Shown: piece by piece, positions 13,017 through 25,810 of the stretch
Layout of the letters: each line of letters begins with the position of its first letter
Numbering within the stretch: position 1 is the stretch's first letter
NCBI RefSeq assembly: GCF_009914755.1
Contig: NC_060929.1
Strand: one strand, 5' to 3'
Length of the DNA: 64,000 bases
Source: the human T2T-CHM13v2.0 reference genome, Homo sapiens
The notes under the pieces: model-generated
The model's input: only the letters and a program-made list of their open reading frames with translations
Told to the model about the DNA's origin: nothing
Databases searched by the model: none
Position numbers and translations under genes: made by a program

Positions 13017-14089
13017 GTAAGAGAAGGCTATTTGCTAGACATCCACAGCTCACTTTGGAGCATGGGCTTTGAGCATCTATTGCTCTCAGTTTGGGACCCC
13101 AGGCAGTACTGGCAGGAAGAGTCCTGTTTCACAGCTGCTTAGACAGGGAACGCCCAGGGAGACTCTGCATCCCTGGGACATCAGCAGCCCTCAAAGGCAG
13201 GCTGGTTGTGCCCTCTCACCAGTGGAATTCCTGGGCCTCATCTCAAGCTTGTCTTTGTTCCTGGATGGACTTAGTCTCCCTGTGAGCCCCACATTCTCCT
13301 GTTATATCGTCACTTCTGGGGAAGAGGCAATGTGGGGCTGAAATTCTTCCAAATCAATTTAGCCCAAGCTGCCTTGGCCGGAGAACTGGTCATGGGCACC
13401 TCAATACAAGGAAAGTGAACTGTGGTTGGGCTGGAGGCAGGGCGTGACCTCTGTTCTGTTGTATTCAGGGCTGGGGATTTTGGACCACCTTTGGCTGAGC
13501 CCCTAAGCAGCTGGGACACATTGGGGATGTCACTCAGCCCCTATGGCCTTCGGCACTTCACGTAAAATGGATTTGGGCTTCATCTCTAAGGGCTCTTCCA
13601 GAAGCAACAAGGGGAAAATGAGGTAAATGGGAGTGGGAAAAGACAGCTCCAACCAATGGTTTGTGACTGGATTACTTCAGTGTGTCAGGAGGCCCAAAGG
13701 GCGCAGAGACAAAAGCACTGGGAATTTGTCTCCTCTGGGTCTGATGATACCACTCTGGGTCCCCAGTTTCTTCTTCCTCTGTCGTGTTCCATCTTGGAAT
13801 GGCCGCCATCACCCATGCAGCGGCTGGAAGCAGAATGCAGGCAGGGGCCCGACTTCTCCCCACTCACCCACTACAACAGATCTACAAAGTCCCATGGATT
13901 CTGCCTCGAAAATACACCTTCAATGGGCTTATCATCTTTTTTTGTTTTGTCCAGTGAAGACTGATCTGATCCCTTGCCTAGATTCTTTATCTTTCTGACT
14001 GTGGCTTAAAACTTTCTTCTCTTTGGAGCCTTCATTGATTAGTTCTTGTTGTCAAATATATTGGTAGTTCCTGTGCTTTTGCCTCATTG

Positions 14090-14295
14090 TACCTACCAGT
14101 GTGTAGTTACATATTTGTGTGATTATTCAAATCATATTTCTCTTCTTCATTTAGACTGTAAAACCCCCAAGGGCAGGGACTGGGTCTGTTTTACTCGTCA
14201 TGATCTCACAGTGACTAGCACAGAGGCTAGTATTATACATAACAGATACTCATCAAGTGTTTAACAAATGATTAGTGAAAGAATGAACGAATGGG
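14090..14295 (+). mobile_element. L2 3' end
   Basis: tagactgtaaaacccccaagggcagggactgggtctgttttactc...gatactcatcaagtgtttaacaaatga...gaatgaa. Confidence 0.75.
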
Positions 14296-14481
14296 CAATC
14301 CCAATAGTCTCCTAAATGATCTCCCAGATCCCAGACTCAGCTCGCTCTAAATTATGCTTCAATTTTCTTACCAAATCTAGGCTCTGAAGTCCTGCAGGCC
14401 ACAGGAGATAATAAACCTCTAACCTTGGCCCTTCATAATCTAGTCCCAGTTTACATGTTCACCATCCCTGCCCTCTCTAAA

Positions 14482-14680
14482 GCGTTTTTCAACCTTGGCA
14501 CTACTGAAATTTTTCACCAGGTAATTTTTTTGTTGTGGGGACTGTCCTGTGAATTGCAGTGTTACAGGCCTCTATGTACTAGATGCCAGTAGTACACACC
14601 CCTAATTGTGACAAAAATGTCTCTAGACATTGCCAAATGTCTCCTGGGGGTCAGCTGTTTCCCGTTGACAGCGACTGCTC
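14482..14680 (-). mobile_element. MER20 (hAT-Charlie)
   Basis: tttcaaccttggcactactga...tagatgccagtag...aaaaatgtctctagacattgccaaatgtctcctgggg. Confidence 0.88.
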
Positions 14681-15062
14681 TAGCCATATCTAAAGCTTTC
14701 CCTGAACATGCCGAGCTCTCTGACTCTACAGGTCTTCAGGAGTCCTGTTCCCCAGCCTAGAATGCTATTTCTTCCGGGATTAAGAGATTTCTTATTCATG
14801 CTTCCAGACACAACTTGGTTTCCTCCTTTTCTGTGAAAAATTTCCCTAATTTTCCAGGGCAAAAACAAAGGATAATAATGCTGACCCTGTATCCTTGTGA
14901 AGACTCTTACAGAGACTGAATGATTCAATGTACATGAAAGGGTTTGGCAGGAAGGCAGGAAAGCAATGTTTGTCGAATGTTCAGGAGGCGTACGGCTGGT
15001 GCCCATGGAAGACACAGAATACTTGTCTCCTAATACCTGAAGGATAATCTATGACTGAAAGA

Positions 15063-15216
15063 TTCTCTTTCTTTCTTTCCCTTCCTTCGTTCCTTTGTTC
15101 CTTCCTTCCTTCCTTCCTCCCTCCCTCCCCCCTTCTCTTTCTCTTTCTTTCTCTCTTTCTTTCTCTTCCTTCCTTCCTTCCTTCCTTCCTTCCTTCCTTC
15201 CTTCCTTCCTTCCTTC

Positions 15217-15251
<35 letters not shown>

Positions 15252-15271
15252 TTCTTTCTTTTTCTTTCCTT
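15063..15271. repeat. Compound (TTCC)n/(TTTC)n polypyrimidine microsatellite derived from an Alu tail
   Basis: About 210 bp of almost pure C/T. Confidence 0.95.
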
Positions 15272-15553
<282 letters not shown>

Positions 15554-15554
15554 T

Positions 15555-15655
15555 ACTCCCCTTCCCTTCCCTTCCCTTCCCTTCCCCTCCTTTCCCTTCC
15601 CTTCCCCTCCCTTCCCTTCCCTTCCCCCCTCCTCTCTTCCTTTCTTTCTTTCTTT
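15555..15655. repeat. (TTCCC)n pyrimidine repeat
   Basis: cttcccttcccttcccttcc... Confidence 0.9.
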
Positions 15656-15945
15656 TGATAGGGTTTTGTTCTGTTACCCAGGCTGCAGTGCAGTGGCACA
15701 ATCACAATCACAGCTCACTATAGCCTTAACCTTCTGGGCTCAAGCAATCCTCCTGTCTCAGCCTCCTGAGTAGCTGAGACTACAGGCACATGCCACCATG
15801 CCAAAAAAAATTTTTTTTAAGAGATAGAGTTTTGCTATGTTGCCCAGGCTGGTCTTGAAGTCTTGAACTCCCGGCCTCAAGCGATCCTCCAGCCTCAGCT
15901 TCCCAAAGTGCTGGGATTACAGGTGTGAGCCACTGAGCCCAGCTC
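15656..15945 (-). mobile_element. AluJ
   Basis: ggctcaagcaatcctcct...ttgctatgttgcccaggctgg; TSD gactgaaagatt (15053) / gactgagagatt (15947) brackets both Alus. Confidence 0.92.
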
Positions 15946-16384
15946 GACTGAGAGATTTATTTTGTGAGTTATGAGTGATCTTTCCTGGGAGGTTGATAGT
16001 AACTTAACATTAGAAAGGACTGTTAAAAAATAGTGGTGTCAGGCTTGTGGTAAAGAGAGCCCCACCCCCCAACCCAGGCATTGGAATATCCAGGCAAAGG
16101 CTGAAGACCATCTGTTGGAGGTGCGATGGGGGTCTTCACCTGGCCTGAGAGTTCAATCAGGTGCTGTCGATTCCTTATTGGCTTGAAGATTCTACAACCT
16201 GAAATCTTCTCACTGTTTATCAATGAATTGGGTAACTGTTAGACAGTCCTAGATTCAGTGGCCAAGGTAGGCCTGGAAGTACCCCTGGCCAAAATGAAAT
16301 TCCCTCTTTTAACTGCACCAATTGTTAAAGATCTCTGGCTCTCCTAATGTGGAGGTATTCCTGGTCGGGGCTGGTGGTGGTCAC

Positions 16385-16789
16385 TGTGATCTGCTGTCTG
16401 TAACCCCTTTGGGACCCGAGGACCTAGACCCAGCTGTTGGGTGTGCTGCAGGAAGACAGCCCTGAGCGCTCAGCACTCTGGGAAGTGCGTTGCTGAGACA
16501 GCCACCCTGCCCAGAGCCAGGCGCCTTCCTGGAGCAGCCCACATCCAAGGACTAATCCACATGGGAGATGTGAAGGCCTGGTTTCCCTCCCTGACTTGGG
16601 ATGACTCCGTAGGGGCGCTCCAGCTCCACAGCTCCCTGTGCAGTCAGCAGAGGCCTCTGTCGAGACTGCTACTCAGCAGCTCCCTTTTCCAGATGCTCTT
16701 TTTCCCTCTGTTGTTGGTCCCCTGAGGACTCCCTAATAAACATGCTGCACACTAATCTCTGTCCTTCTCGGGGAATCCAACTTGGAACA
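16385..16789 (+). mobile_element. LTR16-family (ERVL) solo LTR
   Basis: tgtg...ca termini; ggagcagcccacatccaaggact and actccctaataaacatgctgcacactaatctctgtc...ggggaatccaac match the LTR16 3' end. Confidence 0.75.
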
Positions 16790-17244
16790 GGGTTCCTTTC
16801 TTGCTCCGCCTCTTACCCTTGCTCCATAGCCCTTTAGATTTTTCCCATGTAGGTCAGGGCCCTGAGAGCAATGGCCCCTAAAAAGCTGTAGAAGTTCTCG
16901 TTAGCCTGTGGTGGGCCAAGGGAAGCTTAGGGAGTTGAATGTAAGTGGCTTTTGAGTGTATGTCTTAGATGTTATGAAGCCTTTGTCTCTGACACTTCCT
17001 TGCTGCCCCTGCTTGGAGAATTAGAAGGCTATGGGAGAGCTTTCTCGGAGACTCCTTTATCCTTTGAGTCTCCAAGCTCAGGGCAGTGGGATACTGTGGC
17101 AATGCCTTAAAGTCAATAACACTGGGGGGTTTTTGATAATGCAGAGACAAGTATACTTTTGATGTGAACCATAGAATATGCCCCTGGTAAGACTGATAGA
17201 GGCCAGAATTTCTACGTAGTTCAGCTGATTCTGGAGTCTAGAGC

Positions 17245-17318
17245 TGTAACCATTGAACTAAACTATCCCTCCTGTAGGGTGTGGTTCCGAGACAGAGAGG
17301 CCCATCTCCAGATTGGAA
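17245..17318 (+). repeat. Copy A of a 74-bp dispersed direct duplication (partner 22130-22203)
   Basis: Ungapped alignment, 65/74 identical by manual count. Confidence 0.9.
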
Positions 17319-19031
17319 AAGGATTTAGACAGAAGCATCCCATTCTTAAAAAGCACCCACTTGTAGGGCAGAGGGAGTAAGAAGAAAGAAAATGATGGGG
17401 GATTTGCAGGAAAGATGAGGAGGGGATGTGCTGCGGGAAGAACACAAGGCACTCTGGGAACTTTCTCTGGTTTCCCCAAAGTTTTATGAGCACTCATGAC
17501 ATCTAGCAAGGACACTGGGAAAACCCTGAGAAAATGCTGATCCTCCACGCCCTCCCACGGGCCTCCACTCTCCTTTCCAGAGGCCTCCTCCAAAGGCCTG
17601 GTTTCACTAAATTGCATTTATTCAAATGATGTGTCTCAGAAGGATGCCGGGCCTAGCAGAAATCCTTCAGGGATTGGAACCTGCAGTTCCCCGGAGCGGA
17701 AGTATTTCAAACCTGAGGCTTCGGTCACCGAGCCAGACCCTGAGAGGACTGAATGCAAATTTCGTAGTTTAATTTAAATCTGAGCAGGAGAAAAGGTGCG
17801 GCAGACTGCACTCTGCCAAAAGCCCCAACTCCCACGTCTCTTGCCTCTGGCTGCAGCAGGCACCATGGAAAGGGGGCAGGGTGGTAAAACAGTCCCCGAT
17901 GTGTGAGGCTGATTGCATGTTCCTGTACATTCTTGGAAGATTTTCCTTCTTCAGCTTAGACTCTCTTTGCATTTAGTGCGTACCTACTATGCACAGGACA
18001 CGTAGTTATCTCATCCTTCCAATGAGCAGTAAGGAAGTATCATTGTGCAGACAGTACGAGGAAGTGGAGGTTCAGGATTTATTGAGGTCACACACCTAGG
18101 CTTACACCACTGGGTTTCAGATATTCCAGTTTTAGTTCCGGTAAAATCTGCAGCATTCCCATGTTCTTTAGCACCCTTTCCAGGGGTGAACACACATGGA
18201 TTAAAACCTGGGTGAGGCTCTAGGAGGGACTGCCCCACCAATTTACTGTAGGTTATAAAACACCAAGAACCAGGGCTTATGATGAGACACTGACACCAGC
18301 CTCGTGTGCTGATGCTAATGGGCAGCTCTATAATAAATCCCACTGAGCTTTCGAAGATGCATGTGCTGTTTGGAGAAGATATATTGGTTGCTGCTCAAGG
18401 TAAATCTTGTCGTTTCTATTTCTCAAAGCATTTGTATCAGGAAATGGGTGCATGGTGCCCTAGTTAGGTGCTGGCAGCTCTACCTGCCCCAGGCCCTTGG
18501 GAAATTCCTCCTGGCCCGTCCCCAGCTATGGGTGTCAGCGTGAGCCATTGGAGCCCACCTGTGAGCCCCCACTTGCTTCAGGGATTCATTGATGCTTATT
18601 CCCTCTGCCTGGGTTTTCAGGGTTGATGCTCTCATTAAGGAGCACTATATGAGCAAATTTTGTGCTGGGAGGCTGATATGCTCCCGCTAGTGTGTGGCTG
18701 GAGCTAGACAGAAAGGCCCTAAGTTGTCTTTCCTGATGAATGGATGTGCATCCAGCCAAGGGGCTGAACCATCAATGGGTCTGCAGGATGCCAGATGGGC
18801 AGGTGGCCTCTCTCTGGGCCGCAGGGAGTAGAGGCCCACAAAGGCTGCACTGCCCACACAACAGTCATCTAAAGGGAGGGGCAGAGGAAGGCAGAAATAG
18901 GCTCTTCATCTGGTCTTGGACCAACCGCATCTCATGTCCATGGTCCTTCCCTTGAGAAGCAGTGAGAAGGGCATGAAGAAAGAATGTTTTTGGCCAAAAG
19001 GCGACCTTTCTGCCTCTAGACAAGATGGGAG

Positions 19032-19495
19032 TGTTACAGGTTGAATTTTGTCTAACGCCTCCACCACTCCTCAACTGCTCCCTGCCTAAAATTCATATTA
19101 TTGAAGTCTTCACTCCCAGAACCCCAGGATATGACCTTATTTGGAAATAGGGTCTCTGTAGTTGTAATTAGTTAAGATGAGGTCATTAGGGTAGGCCCTA
19201 ATCCAAATTGACTGATGTTCTTATAAAATGGGGAAATTTGGACACACAGAAATTGGTGAAGTTGATGTCAGAGACTGGAGTGATGCTTTACAAGCCAAGG
19301 AACTCCAAAAGTTGCCAGGACACTCCAGGAAGCTAGGTAAGAGGCATGGAACAGATTCTTTCTCACTTTTCTCAGAAGGAACCAACCCTGCTGACACTTT
19401 GATCTTGGATCTTTAGCCTCCAGAGCTGTGGGACAGAACATTTTTGTCGTTAAGCCTGTGGTCATTTGCTATGGTAGCTCTAGCAAACTCACACA
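19032..19495 (+). mobile_element. MLT1B/MLT1C LTR
   Basis: tgttacaggttgaatt...gaccttatttggaaatagggtc...agaaggaaccaaccctgctgacactttgatcttgga...ctagcaaactcacaca. Confidence 0.88.
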
Positions 19496-19649
19496 GTGTG
19501 TAAGCTGCTCAGCTAGGGGCATCTTTATCTCCTCTCCAGGGGGGCAACTCCTGGGTGAATTATCACCCCCTGCCCATGCCAAGGGTGGCAAACTCCCACG
19601 TGGTTAATAATAGTGATGATAGTAACTCCTCTGTTTATTTAAAAAAAAA

Positions 19650-19960
19650 TTAGTAAGTTTGAGCATCTGTTATTTATCCAGCATATTCTAGGTGCTGAGG
19701 ATACAGCAGAGAACATAATGGCCCTCATGGTACTTACATTCTAGAGAGGGAAAGGAGGCAATAAACCCAACGTGTAAGGAAAGTGATGGCTCATCGGGCA
19801 GCGATAAGTGTAGTGGAGAGAAATAAAACTAGAGAGGGGAATAAGGACTGCCGGAGGGGATAGGAGCAACTTGTGAAGAAAGCTCTCTAAGAGGGTGACA
19901 TCCAAGCAAACCTGATGAGGGAGGGAGTGTCAGGAGTGTGTGTGTCTGAGGGAGGGCATG
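19650..19960 (-). mobile_element. L2 fragment
   Basis: ttctaggtgctgaggatacagcagagaaca...ccctcatggtacttacattctag. Confidence 0.7.
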
Positions 19961-21513
19961 CCAGGCCATCAGCCTGGCCCTGAGCAAGACCCTGAGCCTG
20001 GGAGACGCCCGGCACGTTTGAGAAACCGTGGGAGCCTGGAGCGCAGGAGTGGCAGGGGTGACGGAGAGCACAGGGGCAGCTGATGAAAATGTGCTCTCCG
20101 TTCTGGGGAGTCCAAGCTTGGGTCTCCCTGCAGCTCCGTGCTATAATGAGGAAAGGGACTGGCCTTTCCACCTCCAGGAAACAGGCAGCTCAGTCCTCCT
20201 GCACAAGTGGGACCTATGGCTGTAATGTCTGGAGATGTTTGGGACCTGCTAGGAAAAATCGAAAGGTCAGCATTATCCTGATGTCACCAGGTAGAAGCCG
20301 GCAAAAGCCCCCTAATCCTTTGGCTCTGACAGGAAGCCATTTTAGGTAGAGCCAGGTTTTTTTCCCTATAGGAAGAAGTCCCTGTCCCCACGGACCCCTC
20401 CTCTTCCCCCTTCCCTGAGGCCAGCCTGCCCAGGGAAGAGGTCCTTGAGCTCTGGGGACACAATGGGCCTCTGGATACTGAGCAACCTCACAGCGAGAGA
20501 CAGCAGGGCCAGTGCAATCTCTTTGAACTCCATCTGTTGCCTGTTGGTAAGGACTGTGTTCCTGTGTTTGAACTTTTACCAGCGATGGTGAAGAAGTAAA
20601 TTCTATCATTAAGTTTCTCTTCTAATTGTTACAGGTCAGTTCTACTCACTGAGTTGTTTTTTGGCTTCCTCCCAGAAGCAAGGAGATTTGGAGAGAAGAA
20701 AGGGAGGCTCTTTGCTTTGGGCCACACAAAGGAGACCTCAGCATGTGTTTTTCTCAGCTTTTTCTCACAACCAAGGACAAGCAGCCATGGTGGAGCAAGT
20801 ACCTGGATCTGACAGTGGGGATCTGACTATGTCATTATCCTCTCTTGAAAAGTGCAGAGGAGAGGAATCCTTCCACAGAAAATCAAACCAACTGACCAAA
20901 TACATGTGGAGTTGCCTGTGTTAGGCACCGCGCAACAATGGAGACAATAAGGGCATCCATGTCCAGGTTCCTGCCCCCAAGAGGCTTTCAGTCCCATTGG
21001 AGGAGCCAAGGCCCATGTGCACATGGTTTTTGAGGGAAATGAAGATTAAGGAAAAATCAGAGGAATACAGCAAGCACACGTGAGTTTATATCAATTTGTT
21101 TTTTTTTTTTTTTCAGAGTGGGAGGGTCTGCACCCAGGGGTCAGTGATTCTGGTTTGAAGGGGAGGAAGGAGTAGAGGATGATGGTGTGTGGGTATCCCC
21201 TAATCTGGATGCTGAGACTCCCTGAAGATCCTGTCACCCCCATTTCATTTTAAATGCCACAGATGGGCTCTGAAAGGGCTGGACTGGATGTCTGGATTGA
21301 GTTGCTGAGTCAAGAGCACTTCCCAACAGACCTCACGATTGTGCTTCTCTGCAGAGTTGGCTTTGTCTACTGTGAGCCCATTTTGTCTCTTAAATGTCTA
21401 CAGAGCCTCAGATGGTTTCATCCACAGCCATGTTTAAAATGCCCATGCACATATGTGCATACACACACAAAAACAACTTTGTATTTTCAGTGTTTCTTGC
21501 TTAAAGAAAAAGA

Positions 21514-22129
<616 letters not shown>

Positions 22130-22130
<1 letters not shown>

Positions 22131-22203
22131 GTAACCACTGAGCTAAGCTATCCCTCCTGCAGGCTGTGGCTTGGAGACAGAGAGGCCTATCTCCAGATTG
22201 GAA
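22130..22203 (+). repeat. Copy B of the 74-bp dispersed duplication
   Basis: tgtaaccactgagctaagctatccctcctgcaggctgtggcttggagacagagaggcctatctccagattggaa versus 17245-17318. Confidence 0.9.
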
Positions 22204-23081
22204 GATATTCCAACCTAAAAAAGTTAGAATCCAACCTCTGAGCTGTTTCTAGAATGGGCAGATACAGCCTTCCTTTGTATCCCAGACCTTGGAATGCCAT
22301 GTGTGGCTGCTTAGTTCTGTCTGATCCCTTCTGGTTAACAATGAGCCCCGCCTCCAGCCCAGGCATCTGGCTCATTTCCTGTATCTCCTATTTCTCTGGA
22401 CATGTGGTGTGCAGTTCCTGGAAGGAGCATGATGTGAACGTAGTGATTAGGGGAGGTGGCAGTTCAGGGAGGCATAAATGCCTTCTGATAAAGGACAGGA
22501 CACATCCCTTCTGTTGGCCCCTTACCCCCTGCCCTGGAGCAGCCTTGGGGTGGGAGTTTGCATGCTCATTTGTGAGCATCTTGGACAATCCGCTCCAAGG
22601 CAAGGGTGGGTTAACAGTGGCAGAATTAAGAGATGAGAAGATGGCTCTCCATTCGTGTAATGCTCAGGTTCCTTGGGGAATCCTGTCACTTTGGAAAATT
22701 AGAAGATTAAACACAGAAGAAAGTCAAAGGACACTCTAGGTTGTAGAAGTTTTTGAAAGAATGTTTGCCGGGGCCTTGGTTAAGCAGCCACCCTTGGTCA
22801 CGCTGTTCTGGGGAACATCTCATTTTTATTTGCCTTCCCCGACGTGGCACTCCTCCCCCCATCACCCAGGCAAAGAGAATCGCCACACTCAGCCAGGCCT
22901 GCCAGTGAAGTTGATTTCTGGCACATTTTCAGTGTGTTTGCTCTTGGGATAAGTGTATATAATCAGTACAGTAGCTCCAGAGTCAGTTTAGTTTCTAATG
23001 GGAATTCTGTTTGGCAGGGTCATTGTGGAATGGGTCCTGCAATATACAGTTGCCTAAAACTTAAACACAAACACAGGATGA

Positions 23082-23240
23082 AGCTGGGCGTGTTGGTGTG
23101 CACCTGTGTTCTCAGCGGCTCAGGAGGCCAAGAGGGGAGGATTGCTTGAGCCCAGGAGTTCGAGGCTGCAGTGGGCTACGATTGCACCACCACACTCTAG
23201 CCTGGGCAACAGAATGAGACCCCATCTTTAAAGAAGATTA
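23082..23240 (+). mobile_element. FRAM / Alu right monomer
   Basis: agctgggcgtgttggtgtgcacctgt...gaggattgcttgagcccaggagttcgaggctgcagtg. Confidence 0.88.
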
Positions 23241-23374
23241 AAATGAAAAACACACGATGAAAGATCTCCTCAGTTTTCTTATTTCCTGTGCAAACGCAGA
23301 TTCCATTATCAATGAATTTAGTTCAGTAAACATATGTTAAGCACCCTGTAATGTTTAGAATATAAATGCAGTGG

Positions 23375-23830
23375 TTCTAAGGCAGACTCAAAGGAACAGT
23401 GGCTTAAACACAGTGGAAATATGTCTGTCTTGTATAACTGTCTGTGCATAAGCAGCTCAGTTGGCTAGGAAGGTGGCTTCATGGAATCCGGGATGGACAA
23501 GCCCTTTCTGTCATTGTTCTCTCCTGTTACTAGGGTGTTCACTCGCTTCTACTTGGACCAACATGGCTGGTCAGCACATCTGTATCCCAGCTAAAGAAAA
23601 TGAGGACAGAGGAGAGCACGTTCCTCTTCAAGGGAAAAACCTAGAAGCTGCGTATACCCTTTGGTTCACTTCTCATTGGCTAGAACTTTTGCCCATGGCC
23701 ACTAACACAGGGGAGACTAAGAAATGTAGCTCTTACCAGGTGGCCATGCGCACAGCTAAAAGCCAGCCGTTCTCTTACCAGAAGAAACAAGCAGAGACTG
23801 GATGTTAGGGGACAGTTGGCAGTTTCTGTC
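23375..23830 (-). mobile_element. Old MLT1 (J/K-like) LTR
   Basis: aacagtggcttaaaca...cacttctcattggctagaact...ggggagactaagaaatgtagct. Confidence 0.7.
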
Positions 23831-23954
23831 TTGCATGTGTAATACGTAAGATGATAAGTAGGTGCTGAGTCAGGAGATACAAGATGGGGTCTACTTTCAA
23901 AAGATACACTTAATTTAAGGAACCTACAATCTAGCATACTTTATAGAAAATATG

Positions 23955-24527
23955 CAAGGCAGACTTTGAAAAGGGCTCTTGAAGAACAGAGGAAAGGAAA
24001 TCTCTGTTGGCATGAAAGAGTTAGGATTGGATCTGGATTTGGCAGGCGGGGAGTACAGGTGGGGAACAGGCAATTGCAGACAGGCAGACTAGATGGAGAC
24101 CCTGAGGCGGGGGGGAATGATCTGTTTGGGAGTGGTAGAGTCAAGTGGCAGCAGTGGAGGCAGGTGTGCCTGGGTGTAGAGTGGCAAGCTGTGTCAGCCT
24201 GGGTGGGCTACCCAGGCCTTTGCAGCATTGTCTGGCCACAAAGGGCCTTTGTCAAAGCTGCACTTGATGGAGGTGATTCTGGAAGCAGTGTAGTCTTTGG
24301 ATGGGGTGGCAGGGCTGTGAGTGTGCACATGTGTGTGTGCATGTGTGTATGTGTGTACCCATGTGTGTTGGGGGTGTGATGGGGATGTAAGTGATAACAC
24401 TGTTGGCAAAGAGATAGTAAATAAACCATTTCAAGGTCATGAGACCTAGATTTAAGAGAGGTAGCAGGGAGAATTAAAAGGAAGCAGTGGACTCAAGAGG
24501 TTTTTGTCAAATAAAGAGGTAAATAAT
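23955..24527 (+). repeat. Left arm of a long inverted repeat
   Basis: Reverse complement of 25033-25583; 23963-24024 is an exact 62-bp match to the reverse complement of 25514-25575. Confidence 0.95.
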
Positions 24528-25032
24528 ATTTCTATAGATGCAAGACTTTGGGGAGGAAGTTTAAAGAGAAAGGGCTGTTGGACTCTGAATTGTGATTTTC
24601 AATAGGTGAGTCAAGAAGCTTCATTCACAGATGCATACCCACCCTGCGTCTTTCCCTGCCCATCCCTAACTCCTGCACAGATATTTTATAGTCATTGCAG
24701 CCCATTAAGAGTTGGCCTTGGTGATTGAGGGACCTGGGGAAATTTCACATCCGAAGATGTCTTAGAGATCTACCTTGAGCTCTTTTGAATAAAGCCAGGA
24801 AACTTGATCAGACATTTCTGTTCACTCTCTGTCTTTGTAAATTTATTTTGAAATCTTTACATTTATAAAATAGGAAATGAACTTACGTTATTCAAAAATC
24901 CAAAAACATAAAAGATGATGCAGTAAGGATTTCACTTCTGTGTTCCATAGTGTTCAGCTCCCACCTGAAGTCCACACATTAATCACTTTTATTATGAGTG
25001 TTTATAGAGTTTCTTATCCCCTCTATCATCTT

Positions 25033-25583
25033 GATCAGTTATCTCTTTATTTGACTGAATTCACTTAAATCCATTGCTTTCTTTCCATTCCTACTGTTAC
25101 CTCTCTCTCAAATACAAAGTCTCGTGTGTCTTTATTGTCTCTTTGCTAATATTTTACTCAGGTTTACCCTCACCATTCCCCCAACATGTGTATGCACACA
25201 CACATACACACATGTGCACACTCAAAGCCCTGCCACCCCGTCCAAAAACTACACTGCTTCCAGAGTCATCACCTTCATGCAGCTTTGACAAAATCTCTCT
25301 GTGGCTAGACAATGCTGCATAAGCCTGAGTGGCCCACATAGGGTGATCCAGCTCACCTCTCTACAGCCAGGCACACCTACCTCCATTCCTGCCACTTAAA
25401 TATCACTCCCGAACAGACCATTCCTCCCCGCCTCAGAGTCTCCATCTAGTCCCCGTGTCTGCAATTGCCCATTCCCCTCCTGTACTCCCCACCCACCAAA
25501 TCCAGATCAAATTCTAACTCTTTCATGCCAACAGAGATTTCCTTTCCTCTGTTCTTCAAGAGCCCTTTTCAAAGTTTGCCTTG
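25033..25583 (-). repeat. Right arm of a long inverted repeat
   Basis: See left arm. The ORF track also shows it: LDGGDSGSSVVFGWGGRAVSVHMCVC (+, 23966..24379) versus HEGDDSGSSVVFGRGGRALSVHMCVC (-, 25154..25339). Confidence 0.95.
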
Positions 25584-25810
25584 TCATGTGTTAAAATGTA
25601 TAGTAGGTCACAAACTGATTTATGGGAAGATTGGAGAGATGTTTGATCTTGGAATAGGATAGGATTTTTTTTTTTTAACTAACAGAAAGACCCCAGAATC
25701 ACTTCATTTGTCTGAGTGAGGAGCTCTTTATTTGAAGGGGTTCTAATTTGGGTGAGCTGAAGCTCCCGCCATTCTAGGCCATGCTGAAAGCCAGGGAGGT
25801 TAGAGATACC

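Noticed and set aside
21075-21145. GTGAGT...poly-T-CAG apparent mini-intron
   Set aside because: Only ~37 nt between donor and acceptor, too short for a spliceosomal intron; no convincing downstream donor.
23966-24379. 137-aa ORF with an apparent paralog on the - strand (25154-25339)
   Set aside because: The similarity is a by-product of the DNA inverted repeat; frames are not maintained between arms and there is no sign of coding constraint.
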